Assembly: GCA_947630075.1 (NCBI GenBank)
Contig: CANRGF010000002.1
Span: forward strand, 1 to 45,246
Reading direction: 5' to 3'
Length of the DNA: 45,246 nt
Source of the DNA: an uncultured Clostridia bacterium
GTDB taxonomy: Bacteria > Bacillota > Clostridia > Christensenellales > UBA1242
The notes beneath the pieces were generated by a model, which had not been told where the DNA came from, did not search any database, and saw nothing but the letters and a program-made list of their open reading frames with translations. Positions 8,026 through 17,866 of the stretch are shown piece after piece (positions within the stretch are counted from its first letter, which is position 1; each line of letters starts with the position of its first letter). The position numbers were made by a program, and so were the translations under genes.

Positions 8026-8100
8026 AACTTAATTTAAGTTTGCTTAACTTTTGTATTAGTTTTCTATGGCTAATGTTTAAGTTACTTCATTCACTTCTCC
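8026..8100 (+). repeat. copy C of the ~70-nt promoter-like repeat, directly upstream of the recombinase gene
   Basis: AAACTTAAtTTAAGTTTgcttaacttttgtattaGTTTTCTATGGctaatgTTTAAGTtacTTCATTCActtctcc. Its reverse complement matches about three quarters of the positions of 5566-5640 in my manual alignment. Confidence 0.7.
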
Positions 8101-8139
8101 AAAAAATTTATTTATTTTCAAAATATAAAGGAGAAAACA

Positions 8140-9720
8140 ATGAAAACAGCAGTGATATATGCAAGATATAGTAGTGATAGCCAAACAGAGCAATCCATTG
8201 AAGGACAATTAAGGGTTTGTCAACAATATGCAAAAAACAATGATATTGTTATTGTTGGTGAATACATTGACAGAGCTATGACCGGAACAAATGATTTGCG
8301 ACCAGATTTTCAACGGATGATTAAAGATAGCAATAAAAAACAATGGGATTATGTGCTTGTATATAAATTAGATAGATTTTCAAGAGATAAATATGAAACT
8401 ACAATACACAAGCATACTCTTAAAAACAACGGTGTAAAAGTTATCTCAGCTATGGAAAACATACCTGACACGCCCGAAGGAATTATACTTGAATCAATGC
8501 TTGAAGGTATGAATCAATATTATTCAGCAGAACTTTCACAAAAAGTCCATCGAGGCTTAAATGAAAGTTATATAAAGGGCTTATTTACAGGTGGGCATCA
8601 AATTTATGGATATGATATAGTTGATAAAAAGAGCGTGATAAATGAAGAAGAAGCAATGATTGTAAAAGAAATTTTTTCAAAATTTGCACAAGGCTTCACC
8701 GGTGTTGACATAGCAAAAAATTTACAAGCTCGTGGAATTAGAACAAAGACCGGGAACTACCTAACTGATAAAGCAATTTATAAAATTATTCAAAACACAA
8801 AATACATTGGTAAGGTAAAACATGGTGAAACTGTTTATACAAATATCTATCCAGCAATTATTGATGAGCAAGTTTGGCAAAAAGTGCAAAACATTAGAAA
8901 TGCTTATAAACACGCACATTGCCGAAAACAAGATATTTATAACTATATACTTTCTGGAAAATTGATATGTGGTTATTGCAAACATAAAATGGTTGGAGAA
9001 TCCGGGAAAGAGATAAACAAAATTATTAAATATCGTTATTATACTTGTTTGACAAAACGAAGAAGAAAAAACGAAAAATGTGAATTGCAAATATGCAACA
9101 AAGAAAATCTTGAAAAAGATGTTATTGATATAACTTGGCGAGTTTTATCTAACAACAACAATTTAAAAATAATAGCAAAGAGTATTTTGCAATATCACGA
9201 AAAAGTTACAAGAGCCGAGTCAAATCTTAAATCTCTGGAAACACAAAGAGCCTCCTATCTTAAAGCAACACAAAACCTAATAACTGCTATTGAACAAGGT
9301 ATTATTACAGAGCAAACTAAGATAAGATTAAAAGAGCTTGAAAGTCAAATATCACAATTAGACTATGATATTGAACAGGAAAAACAAAGAAATTACACCT
9401 ATTTAACAGAAGATTTAATTATAGACTATTTCAAAAAAATAATTTGTGGTGATATAGAAAACATAGAAATACAAAAAAGTATAGTAAAAACCTTTATAAG
9501 AGAGATTTTACTATACAATGACAAAATTATAATTGTTTACAACTTTACAGAGCCACTACCTTCAAAAGCAAACCCACTTGACAATGTTCAAGATTTAGAA
9601 AGCAAATCACTAGATAATACAACATTGTTGACCGAAGAAGAAATAAATAACAATGCTGATTTATCATTTTTCTGTGATAATCAATACTTTGCTGTTATAT
9701 CAAAAAGAGCTAAAACATAG
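8140..9720 (+). CDS. large serine recombinase (integrase)
   Basis: Resolvase catalytic domain (AVIYARYSSDSQ...YKLDRFSRD), recombinase domain, Cys-rich zinc ribbon (CGYCKHKM...YYTC) and a coiled-coil tail. GGAG RBS. Confidence 0.9.
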   Translation: MKTAVIYARYSSDSQTEQSIEGQLRVCQQYAKNNDIVIVGEYIDRAMTGTNDLRPDFQRMIKDSNKKQWDYVLVYKLDRFSRDKYETTIHKHTLKNNGVKVISAMENIPDTPEGIILESMLEGMNQYYSAELSQKVHRGLNESYIKGLFTGGHQIYGYDIVDKKSVINEEEAMIVKEIFSKFAQGFTGVDIAKNLQARGIRTKTGNYLTDKAIYKIIQNTKYIGKVKHGETVYTNIYPAIIDEQVWQKVQNIRNAYKHAHCRKQDIYNYILSGKLICGYCKHKMVGESGKEINKIIKYRYYTCLTKRRRKNEKCELQICNKENLEKDVIDITWRVLSNNNNLKIIAKSILQYHEKVTRAESNLKSLETQRASYLKATQNLITAIEQGIITEQTKIRLKELESQISQLDYDIEQEKQRNYTYLTEDLIIDYFKKIICGDIENIEIQKSIVKTFIREILLYNDKIIIVYNFTEPLPSKANPLDNVQDLESKSLDNTTLLTEEEINNNADLSFFCDNQYFAVISKRAKT

Positions 9721-9744
9721 AAGTTTATTCTATGTTTTTTTTAA

Positions 9745-9775
9745 TAAAAAACGCACCAAAATATATTTGGTACGT
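9745..9775 (-). terminator. terminator of tRNA-Ser
   Basis: ACGCACCAAA / TTTGGTACGT stem with one mismatch, then a T-run on the minus strand. Confidence 0.55.
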
Positions 9776-9787
9776 CAAAAGAACTTT

Positions 9788-9875
9788 TGGCGGAGAGCTA
9801 GGGATTCGAACCCCAGGAGGCTTGCACCTCGGCAGTTTTCAAGACTGCTGTATTAGACCACTCTACCAGCTCTCC
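9788..9875 (-). tRNA. tRNA-Ser (anticodon UGA), CCA encoded
   Basis: Reverse complement: GGAGAGCTGGTAGAGTGGTCTAATACAGCAGTCTTGAAAACTGCCGAGGTGCAAGCCTCCTGGGGTTCGAATCCCTAGCTCTCCGCCA. It has a 7-bp acceptor stem, a long variable arm, a GGTTCGAATCC T-arm and the anticodon loop CTTGAAA. Confidence 0.9.
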
Positions 9876-9960
9876 ACACATTGCTTTGCAGTAACTTTTT
9901 TATTATAACACACTATTTTGTTTTTAGCAAGTGTTTTTAAGAAAATTAATTTTGAGTTTT

Positions 9961-10443
9961 TTAATTCAAATAATTTAGGATTATTTTAAATTCATCAATT
10001 AATTTATCTAAACTTAATGCGCAATTTGCTGGGCTGGTGCTAGGCAGAGAGATGCAATCAAGATTGGTGGATGCCCTAAATAAGCGAGTGGCAGTTTTGC
10101 CAAGAGTGAAAATGGCTTCAATTTTTGCGCGAGATAAAATTTGATTAAAATCGTTTATTTCATAATTTTTGATGCTGGCATCTTGAGAATTGGATATTTC
10201 GCAAGATTTAACCACATCCCATAAGGCGATGTGATGAGATAATAAAAATTTCGTTTTATCTCGAACGTTATTATTAATCTCTTGATTGAATAATGCACTC
10301 AACACTTTCCAAAATCTATTTTGCGGGTGAGCAAAATAAAAACCCTCTTCTCTAGATTTTATTGAAGGCATTGAGCCTAATATTAAAATTTTGCTATCCT
10401 TATTATAAATTGGCTTAAATGGATGAATGACGATTTCTTTCAT
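9961..10443 (-). CDS. DNA-deoxyinosine / uracil-DNA glycosylase superfamily protein
   Basis: HPFKPIY...ILILGSMPSIKSREEGFYFAHPQNRFWKVL matches the family signature. Confidence 0.75.
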   Translation of the reverse strand: MKEIVIHPFKPIYNKDSKILILGSMPSIKSREEGFYFAHPQNRFWKVLSALFNQEINNNVRDKTKFLLSHHIALWDVVKSCEISNSQDASIKNYEINDFNQILSRAKIEAIFTLGKTATRLFRASTNLDCISLPSTSPANCALSLDKLIDEFKIILNYLN

Positions 10444-10625
10444 GTTTTTATTATAGCAAAAAATTAAACAAAATTTTTAAAAATTATAAAAAATATGGCA
10501 AAATTTTGTAATCTTTTTTAAAAATGTGCAAGTTTTTTGATTTTTGAAAAATTTATCGAATGATGTAAATTTTAAAAAATGTGTTTGCTTTGATTGAAAT
10601 TGTTTTAAAAATGTTATATAATAAG

Positions 10626-11168
10626 ATGATGAGTGAAAGCAAAAAAATTTATATAATTTTAAGCCAAACGGGAGCGATAACTTCAAAAGCGCTAAAAATT
10701 TTTACTTTCGCAAAATTTAATCATGTGTCCATTTCGCTAACGCCAACTCTTGAAAAAATGTATTCATTTGGCAGGCTGAAACCAAACAATCCTTTCATTG
10801 GCGGATTTGTGGAAGAAGGGAAAGACATTGGCACATTTAAAAAATATCAAAACACCTCTGCCCTTGTGCTTGAGCTTGAAGTGGACGAAAAAGACTATTT
10901 GGGCATCAAAAATTTAATTGACGAGATGATGAAAAACAAAGAAAAATTGCATTATAATTTTTGGGGTGTGTTTTGGGCATTCTTTAGGCTAAACTATGCG
11001 CCTAAAAACAAATTTTATTGCTCGCAGTTTGTGAAATTTTGCTTGGAAAAATTTAAGATTTCAAATGTTGCAGAACTGCCACGCGCAGCAAAGCCTATGG
11101 ACTTTTTAAAACTAAAAAACAGCAAAATTATCTATAACGGAAAACTAAATCAATATAGCACAATTTAA
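10626..11168 (+). CDS. permuted papain-fold (YiiX/YaeF, NlpC/P60-like) protein
   Basis: The His (FNHVSIS) comes early and the Cys (FYCSQFV) late, as in permuted papain-like amidases. The start was chosen at an internal ATG and is uncertain (ORF track gives 10581). Confidence 0.5.
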   Translation: MMSESKKIYIILSQTGAITSKALKIFTFAKFNHVSISLTPTLEKMYSFGRLKPNNPFIGGFVEEGKDIGTFKKYQNTSALVLELEVDEKDYLGIKNLIDEMMKNKEKLHYNFWGVFWAFFRLNYAPKNKFYCSQFVKFCLEKFKISNVAELPRAAKPMDFLKLKNSKIIYNGKLNQYSTI

Positions 11169-11175
11169 AAAAGCC

Positions 11176-12228
<1,053 letters not shown>

Positions 12229-12293
12229 TTAGTATAGGCAAAACTATTTGTCAAATATATTTTAAATTTTTTAATTTTGTCAAAAATTTATTT

Positions 12294-12866
12294 ATGCTCA
12301 TCGCATTCATTTTCTATTGCTTGACAATTTTTTTATTTATTATTGCCAAACAGGCAAAAAATAAAATAATCCAACCAATTTTAAACTGCAGGGTTTTGAA
12401 AAATGGGGTTTGCTTTTTCTCAACCAAAAGGCACAAATTGAAAGTGGAAAATGCAAAATTGTTGATGGTGAAAGATGTGGCATTTTTGAAAAATGAACAT
12501 AAAATTATTGCAATAAAAAATGTGAAAGATGTCTATTTAAAAAATGATTTTATTTATTTCACCGGACTTGGCAATGTGAAGATACTTTTTAATTGTGAAA
12601 AGTTTTATAGATATTTCAACATTAAAATTATTTCGGCAGATTTTGACCTAAAGAAAAATAAAGATGAAGCCGTTTTAGATATGTTAAATCACATTTTTTG
12701 CTTAAAAAATGCAAAAAAATTGCAAAAATACTTAAATATTTTAATTTTTGTGCTAAAAATTTCAATAAATGAAAAAAAAGTGTTGGTGAGAAAAAACAAA
12801 TATAATCTATCTTTCAAATTAATTTATAGATTAAATAATGTGCTGAAAGTTATCTCCATTAATTGA
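12294..12866 (+). CDS. hypothetical K/N-rich protein with N-terminal TM helix
   Basis: 190-aa ORF with no motifs recognised. Confidence 0.4.
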   Translation: MLIAFIFYCLTIFLFIIAKQAKNKIIQPILNCRVLKNGVCFFSTKRHKLKVENAKLLMVKDVAFLKNEHKIIAIKNVKDVYLKNDFIYFTGLGNVKILFNCEKFYRYFNIKIISADFDLKKNKDEAVLDMLNHIFCLKNAKKLQKYLNILIFVLKISINEKKVLVRKNKYNLSFKLIYRLNNVLKVISIN

Positions 12867-12896
12867 TAGCCGAAAAAAATAGCAACCTTTTGGCTG

Positions 12897-13625
12897 CTAT
12901 TTGTCCTTATCCTGAATGTAATCATAACCGAAATCGTCTGTTGGCTTTGGTTTATCTTCTGCTTTTGGTTGCTGACGAGATTTTTTCTTCGGTTTTTTTT
13001 CTTGCTTTTCCACTGGTTTTGGTTTTTTCTCTTTCTTCTTTTTAGGCTTTTTTATTAATGCTGCCCACAAGCAGACCGCCACTTGAAGCGGAATTCCAAG
13101 CACATATATAAGCCAAAGGTTATACTTAATCAACTGCACATGAACACAAGCAAGCGTTGACCATATCAAGCAAGTGAGCAAGATAAATAAGACATCACTC
13201 CTGCCCCATATACTATTGAAAATGATTAAAATGACGAACGAAGCAGGCACAGCCCACATAAAGAACATTGCAATGTTTTTATTCACGGCAATATGGAAAG
13301 CAACGAAAAGGATGGTGGCAAGCATCCAAACCGCACTTACGGCAAGCAATGTGATTGCCAAGCGTGCAGGAATGAATCGCCTTTTGACAGGAGCGGGAGA
13401 AATTTCATCCACCGACAAATCTTCTTTGGTGAGAGCGTCTAGCGTAACACCATAAAAAACACACAAATCATAAAGCGTTTCCACGCTAGGAAGAGATTCG
13501 CCCGTTTCCCATTTTGAGATGCTCTTATCTGAATAGCTAAACTTCTCTGCCAACTCTAATTGAGTGAGCTTTGCATGCTTTCTCAGCAAGAGCAAGTTTT
13601 TGCCAATAATTTTATTAATTTCCAT
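12897..13625 (-). CDS. XRE-family HTH regulator fused to a multi-pass membrane domain and a Lys-rich tail
   Basis: LRKHAKLTQLELAEKFSYSDKSISKWETGESLPSVETLYDLCVFYGV, followed by about 4 TM helices. Confidence 0.75.
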   Translation of the reverse strand: MEINKIIGKNLLLLRKHAKLTQLELAEKFSYSDKSISKWETGESLPSVETLYDLCVFYGVTLDALTKEDLSVDEISPAPVKRRFIPARLAITLLAVSAVWMLATILFVAFHIAVNKNIAMFFMWAVPASFVILIIFNSIWGRSDVLFILLTCLIWSTLACVHVQLIKYNLWLIYVLGIPLQVAVCLWAALIKKPKKKKEKKPKPVEKQEKKPKKKSRQQPKAEDKPKPTDDFGYDYIQDKDK

Positions 13626-13778
13626 AATATACCTTAGGATTTTTTAATTATAACATATTTATATTTAAAACGCAAACGATAAAATTGAAAAAGTTTTTAA
13701 AATTGTTTTGAAATTTTTATTAAAATTTTTATAATAGAGAAAAAGAGAGAAATTTATCTAATCTTTAAGGGGGAAATC

Positions 13779-14513
13779 ATGAGAGTTGTGTTAGTGGTGG
13801 ATAGCATTGAAAACTTAAACGAAAAAGTTAATATGCTTGAAACTCATTTTGGAACGAACCTTTGCTTTGTGGTGAAGGCTAATCTTGCACCCATTTTCAA
13901 AACGTATGGCTATCCTATTTCTGCAGTGTATGGCGAAAAGGCCGCTAAAATTGTTCATTTGACGCTTGCCCGACTAGATGTGGAAGACACAATTATTTGC
14001 TATGCAAGTTTGCAACTATCAAATCGGCTTTTAGACGGACTTACAGCACGCCTTGGTGATGGCAACAAAATTATAAATTTCATGCCTAGATATAATTATT
14101 TTGAACGAATGTGCAATGGCCCATATAATGTTTATGTGAAAACAATCTTTAAGGCAAAAGATAGTTTGGCAAGCCCAAAACTTCAATTCTTGCCTGCAGG
14201 ATGTGTGGACGAACTTTTGCAAAGCCATATAGCAAACAGAATGTTTGAAATGAACCCTAAATTAGTTTATTCAGTTGAGGTGGAAGATAAAGCCACCAAC
14301 GCTTCATTAAAAGTGCGCCCGAAATTTAATAAATATGCAATAATTCCAATCATAGTGGTGCTCACCGCTTTGGCACTATTCATTATGTCCCTTGCATTTT
14401 GGGGAGCAAGATATCTAAATATATTTATATTTGTGGCGGTGTGCATATTAGATGTGCTTCTCACAATCATTTTCCAATTCAAGAATTATTTTGATGAAAG
14501 GTTTTTGAAATGA
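13779..14513 (+). CDS. hypothetical protein with C-terminal TM helices
   Basis: 244-aa ORF with a GGGGGA RBS region, followed by a clean terminator. Confidence 0.5.
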   Translation: MRVVLVVDSIENLNEKVNMLETHFGTNLCFVVKANLAPIFKTYGYPISAVYGEKAAKIVHLTLARLDVEDTIICYASLQLSNRLLDGLTARLGDGNKIINFMPRYNYFERMCNGPYNVYVKTIFKAKDSLASPKLQFLPAGCVDELLQSHIANRMFEMNPKLVYSVEVEDKATNASLKVRPKFNKYAIIPIIVVLTALALFIMSLAFWGARYLNIFIFVAVCILDVLLTIIFQFKNYFDERFLK

Positions 14514-14535
14514 CGCAAATTTGCGTCTTTTTTTT
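14512..14535 (+). terminator. rho-independent terminator
   Basis: GACGCAA-AT-TTGCGTC followed by T8. Confidence 0.8.
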
Positions 14536-14548
14536 ATTAAAAAAACAT

Positions 14549-14630
14549 GGGGATGGGCTCATGTGCAAAACAAATTTTGCACATGAGGGCGGCTAACGCC
14601 GCCCAGCACTGAATGTGCGGCCCATCCCCC
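14549..14630. other. GC-rich nested-hairpin element (three-way-junction-like) between convergent genes
   Basis: The outer stem GGGGATGGGC (14549-14558) / GCCCATCCCC (14620-14629) encloses two perfect hairpins: CTCATGTGCAAAA-caaa-TTTTGCACATGAG and GGGCGGC-taac-GCCGCCC. Confidence 0.6.
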
Positions 14631-14632
14631 AC

Positions 14633-14664
14633 AAACAAAAAAAAGGCTTAATTAGCCTTTTTTT
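14633..14664 (-). terminator. terminator overlapping the rpmA stop (bidirectional shape)
   Basis: AAGGCT-taatt-AGCCTT flanked by A-runs and T-runs. Confidence 0.55.
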
Positions 14665-14935
14665 CTGCTGCTAAAATTGTTGCCACTTTTCTGCCTCTGC
14701 CATCGGTTTTAAACTTAACAACGCCGTCAACCAAGGCAAACAAAGTGTAATCATTGCCACACCCAACATTTTCGCTTGGATAGATTTTTGTGCCACGCTG
14801 ACGAACAATTATTGAGCCAGCCTTAACAAATTGACCATCGCCCGTTTTAACGCCAAGACGCTTTGATTCACTATCTCTGCCGTTTTTGGTGCTGCCGCCG
14901 CCTTTTTTATGGGCAAATAATTGAATATTAATCAT
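14648..14935 (-). CDS. rpmA: 50S ribosomal protein L27 with N-terminal pro-peptide
   Basis: [30 protein letters not shown]... is a Firmicutes-type L27 with the cleavable N-terminal extension. Confidence 0.95.
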   Translation of the reverse strand: MINIQLFAHKKGGGSTKNGRDSESKRLGVKTGDGQFVKAGSIIVRQRGTKIYPSENVGCGNDYTLFALVDGVVKFKTDGRGRKVATILAAEKKAN

Positions 14936-15263
14936 TGCTAATCTCCTTTATTTTAATGTATTTTGCGTGGCCATCTCTAACCTCTTTCAATCCCAAACTG
15001 GCAGTTTTCATAAGCGTTTGTGCCAATTTGATTTCACCCTGACTTAGCCCATTAAGACTAACTGACAGAAGAGGAATATCTTCATCAATTTCACATTTTG
15101 CGGGCAACTTAAGCACTTGCTTTAGACCTATAATTAGAGTTTGCGCAATGCTAGAAACTGCGCTGCAAACAATATCCTTCCCACTCTCTGCATAGCCAGA
15201 ATGACCGGTTATTTCAATGTCCACTAAATTTGAATTTTTTTTAATAATTTTTATGTTTATCAT
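14928..15263 (-). CDS. prp: ribosomal-processing cysteine protease Prp
   Basis: Located between rplU and rpmA. Carries the GHSGYA and DIVCSAVS catalytic His/Cys contexts. Confidence 0.85.
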   Translation of the reverse strand: MINIKIIKKNSNLVDIEITGHSGYAESGKDIVCSAVSSIAQTLIIGLKQVLKLPAKCEIDEDIPLLSVSLNGLSQGEIKLAQTLMKTASLGLKEVRDGHAKYIKIKEISND

Positions 15264-15264
15264 C

Positions 15265-15570
15265 TTAACCTATGCTCAATATTGCGATTTTTGTGTATGG
15301 CTGACGATGACCTTGCTTTTTGCGCTCGTTCTTCTTAGGCTTATATTTGAACACAACAACTTTTTTGTCTAACACATGCTCTAAAACTTTAGCCTTAACC
15401 ACACAATCTTTCACAACCGGGCTGCCCGCTTTGATTTTGCTGCCATCAACAGTCATAAGCACAGGAAAAGTTAATTCTTCGCCAACTTCTGCACTTAATT
15501 TGTCCACCAAAAGCGTGTCGTTCACTGCAACTTTATATTGCTTGCCCGAAATATTTGCGATTGCGTACAT
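15265..15570 (-). CDS. rplU: 50S ribosomal protein L21
   Basis: MYAIANISGKQYKV...FKYKPKKNERKKQGHRQPYTKI. Confidence 0.95.
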   Translation of the reverse strand: MYAIANISGKQYKVAVNDTLLVDKLSAEVGEELTFPVLMTVDGSKIKAGSPVVKDCVVKAKVLEHVLDKKVVVFKYKPKKNERKKQGHRQPYTKIAILSIG

Positions 15571-15715
15571 ACTAGTTACCTCCTTAAAAGACTCACTTTA
15601 AAGGTATTGCCCAAGCAAATTTCAAACCTCTTCAATGTGGTACTACGCGGTTATTCTAGCATAAAAAAAACCATTTGTCAACGGGTTTAGAGAAAAACTA
15701 GCATAAATTTATAAA

Positions 15716-16507
15716 TCAACACACCTCTCTAAGCTTAGTTGTGATTGAATAGTTTGACGAAAGGCGGATTAGTTTATCTTCATCTAAAAATGATTTGGAA
15801 AAATTGCAATAAAAAATCGTGTAGTGAGTAAATTTTATTTGCTTTAAGAGTTCGTAAAGCGTGCACTCATCACCCGCTTTAATCAGCACAATTTTGTCAA
15901 ACTTTTTATGTCTGCCATTTTTTAGAAATGAAAAGTTTTGGTTATTCCTTTCCCTACTAGTTATTAGGAAAATAATCATCAAGAGATATAGCCAATTTGC
16001 ACTCTTCAAGCAAGACAAAGCAAACAATATTATTAGGCAGAAGCAAAGGCTCAGCCGCAAAATTAAATCAACTCTTTTATAGGTCTTGTCCGACTTAAAA
16101 ATTGAGCGAAAAATTTTGCCACCGTCAAGCGGAAAAATTGGCAAAAGATTAAAAATGGCAAGGCATAAATTTGAAAAACAAAAAATGTTGATATAGCGAT
16201 AACTAACCGGCACTATGCAATATAAAACCACACAAAGAACGCACAAAATTAGGTTGAATAGCGGGCCAGCGATGTTGATTGCAAAGGCGTCTTTATCTTC
16301 AATTTGGCTATCGAGCGACAGGCTTAGCCCAAACATATCTAATTTCATTTGCTTCAATTTATAGCCTTTATTTGTGGCAACAAAGAGATGTGCAAGTTCG
16401 TGCAGAACAAGTGCTAAAAAATAGTTTAAAAGCAGCAAAAAGTTTTTAAGCAGCAGGCAAATTATAATCAACAAGATAATGCTAGCGCCAACCTTAAATT
16501 TTTTCAT
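15716..16507 (-). CDS. M50 family site-2 metalloprotease (SpoIVFB-like)
   Basis: HELAHLFVA (HExxH), NLLPIFPLDGG, and multiple TM helices. It occupies the synteny position of spoIVFB. Confidence 0.75.
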   Translation of the reverse strand: MKKFKVGASIILLIIICLLLKNFLLLLNYFLALVLHELAHLFVATNKGYKLKQMKLDMFGLSLSLDSQIEDKDAFAINIAGPLFNLILCVLCVVLYCIVPVSYRYINIFCFSNLCLAIFNLLPIFPLDGGKIFRSIFKSDKTYKRVDLILRLSLCFCLIILFALSCLKSANWLYLLMIIFLITSRERNNQNFSFLKNGRHKKFDKIVLIKAGDECTLYELLKQIKFTHYTIFYCNFSKSFLDEDKLIRLSSNYSITTKLREVC

Positions 16508-16575
16508 ATATTAAAATATTAATTTGCACGATGAGATAGAATATCAATCGTGATTTAATTTGCAGATAAATATCT

Positions 16576-16806
16576 TTAATTTGGAATTGTTTTCATAAGT
16601 TTAATGCGGTCGCCTTTGGCTGTTATTTCAATTTGATAGTCCGCTTCAACAAGCGAAATTTCAACTAATATATCATTGAAATCCACTTCAAAATAGTTGT
16701 TTATTAGATAGTAGAAATCAGATTTTATCACATTCTCTAAATATTTTGGATTTGTTTCTTTATTCTTTTGAATGATGTTGCTTAGGCGTTGATTTAAATT
16801 GTTCAT
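16576..16806 (-). CDS. MinE-like topological specificity factor (divergent)
   Basis: 76-aa ORF immediately downstream of minD. The segment VIKSDFYYLINNYFEVDFNDILVEI resembles the MinE core. The N-terminus is atypical. Confidence 0.4.
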   Translation of the reverse strand: MNNLNQRLSNIIQKNKETNPKYLENVIKSDFYYLINNYFEVDFNDILVEISLVEADYQIEITAKGDRIKLMKTIPN

Positions 16807-16843
16807 AGACCTCCTTAAAACATAATTTTATTCTAGAAAATTA

Positions 16844-17635
16844 TTAAACCTTGCGTTTTAAAAGTTTTTTTATCGAGCCAAAAAATCCGCGATATTTATA
16901 TGTGCAATCAAACAATTTTTTCTCACCCGTGATTATATTGCTCGCCAAAATTTCAAATGCACGATTTAGTGCACACTTATTGTTTGAAATCGAGGCACTC
17001 GTGCTCAACAAAACCTTATCGTCCTCGGGGATAACTCCACCAAATTCGATGCCCAATGTCCTGCCTATATCGTGCACATCAAACATAAGTTTATCTTGAA
17101 TTAAATCTCCACGGGCGCGATTTATCACAAAGCGCTTGCTTAAAATATTATAAGTGGAAAGAATTGCCACAACTTTATCGGCATCTCTTAGGCTAGATAG
17201 GTGTGGAGTGGTAACCACAAGCGCTTCATCTGCAAGGCTCACCGCCCTTCTAAATCCCGCATCAATTCCCGCTGGGCAATCTATAATAATAAAATCGAAT
17301 TTTGGCTCTAACTCATCAATCACTCTTTTTATTTGAGAAATTGTTATGGTTAAATTTTGATTTAATCCCCCGCTCGACAACAAAAACAAAAGTGGGAACA
17401 CATCGTCTTGAACCAACGCTTCTTTAACTCTGCATTTATTTTCAAGAACATCAAGCATTGAATAAACCACTCTATCTTCCATGCTCATCACCACATCGAG
17501 ATTGTTTAACCCTATATCCATGTCAATAAGGCATACTCTATAATTCTTGCTTGCCAAATGCATGCCAAGATTGGCGGTTACTGTGGTTTTGCCCACACCA
17601 CCTTTGCCAGAAGTTACAACAATAATTCGTGCCAT
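16844..17635 (-). CDS. minD: septum site-determining ATPase MinD
   Basis: MARIIVVTSGKGGVGKTT deviant Walker A. Start trimmed to the ATG at 17635. Confidence 0.9.
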   Translation of the reverse strand: MARIIVVTSGKGGVGKTTVTANLGMHLASKNYRVCLIDMDIGLNNLDVVMSMEDRVVYSMLDVLENKCRVKEALVQDDVFPLLFLLSSGGLNQNLTITISQIKRVIDELEPKFDFIIIDCPAGIDAGFRRAVSLADEALVVTTPHLSSLRDADKVVAILSTYNILSKRFVINRARGDLIQDKLMFDVHDIGRTLGIEFGGVIPEDDKVLLSTSASISNNKCALNRAFEILASNIITGEKKLFDCTYKYRGFFGSIKKLLKRKV

Positions 17636-17866
17636 GAAATTTGCCCTCCAGAAAAAATCTAGCACAATGAATTTAAAATTTTAATAAGAATAAACAACGA
17701 TTTTTAAATTCGTCAAAATTAGTGTTTTTTATAATTTTTGTTTTTATTTTTTTACGGTATCTTTTTTTTGACAAAAAATCACTCAAAAAAAATTTATAAT
17801 AGAAAAAATTAATAGAAAAAAACAAAAAATTGCAAAATTTTGCAACTTTTTTACGCTTTTTAAATT

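Larger units (their letters stand above)
1..9745. mobile_element. Integrated element with a serine-recombinase / LexA-like lysogeny module and an inovirus-like structural module (left end outside window)
   Basis: The recombinase gene (8140-9720) ends about 25 nt before the terminator of tRNA-Ser. Repressor, sigma-like, zinc-ribbon and a run of small and membrane proteins ending in a Zot-like ATPase are all on the minus strand. The right boundary is inferred only from where the tRNA-Ser terminator begins. Confidence 0.6.

Noticed and set aside
7929-8171. 80-aa ORF upstream of and overlapping the recombinase start.
   Set aside because: It has a TTG start, its low-complexity sequence reads straight through repeat copy C, and it overlaps the well-supported recombinase start.
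9653-9856. 67-aa ORF at the end of element 1.
   Set aside because: It runs antisense through tRNA-Ser and its terminator.
10477-10686. 69-aa ORF antisense to the start of the papain-fold gene.
   Set aside because: It is an AT-rich promoter region with low-complexity sequence.
15571-15715. The leader upstream of rplU might be the Firmicutes L21-leader RNA.
   Set aside because: This is plausible from position alone, but I could not reproduce the Rfam consensus structure by eye, so it is not reported as a feature.
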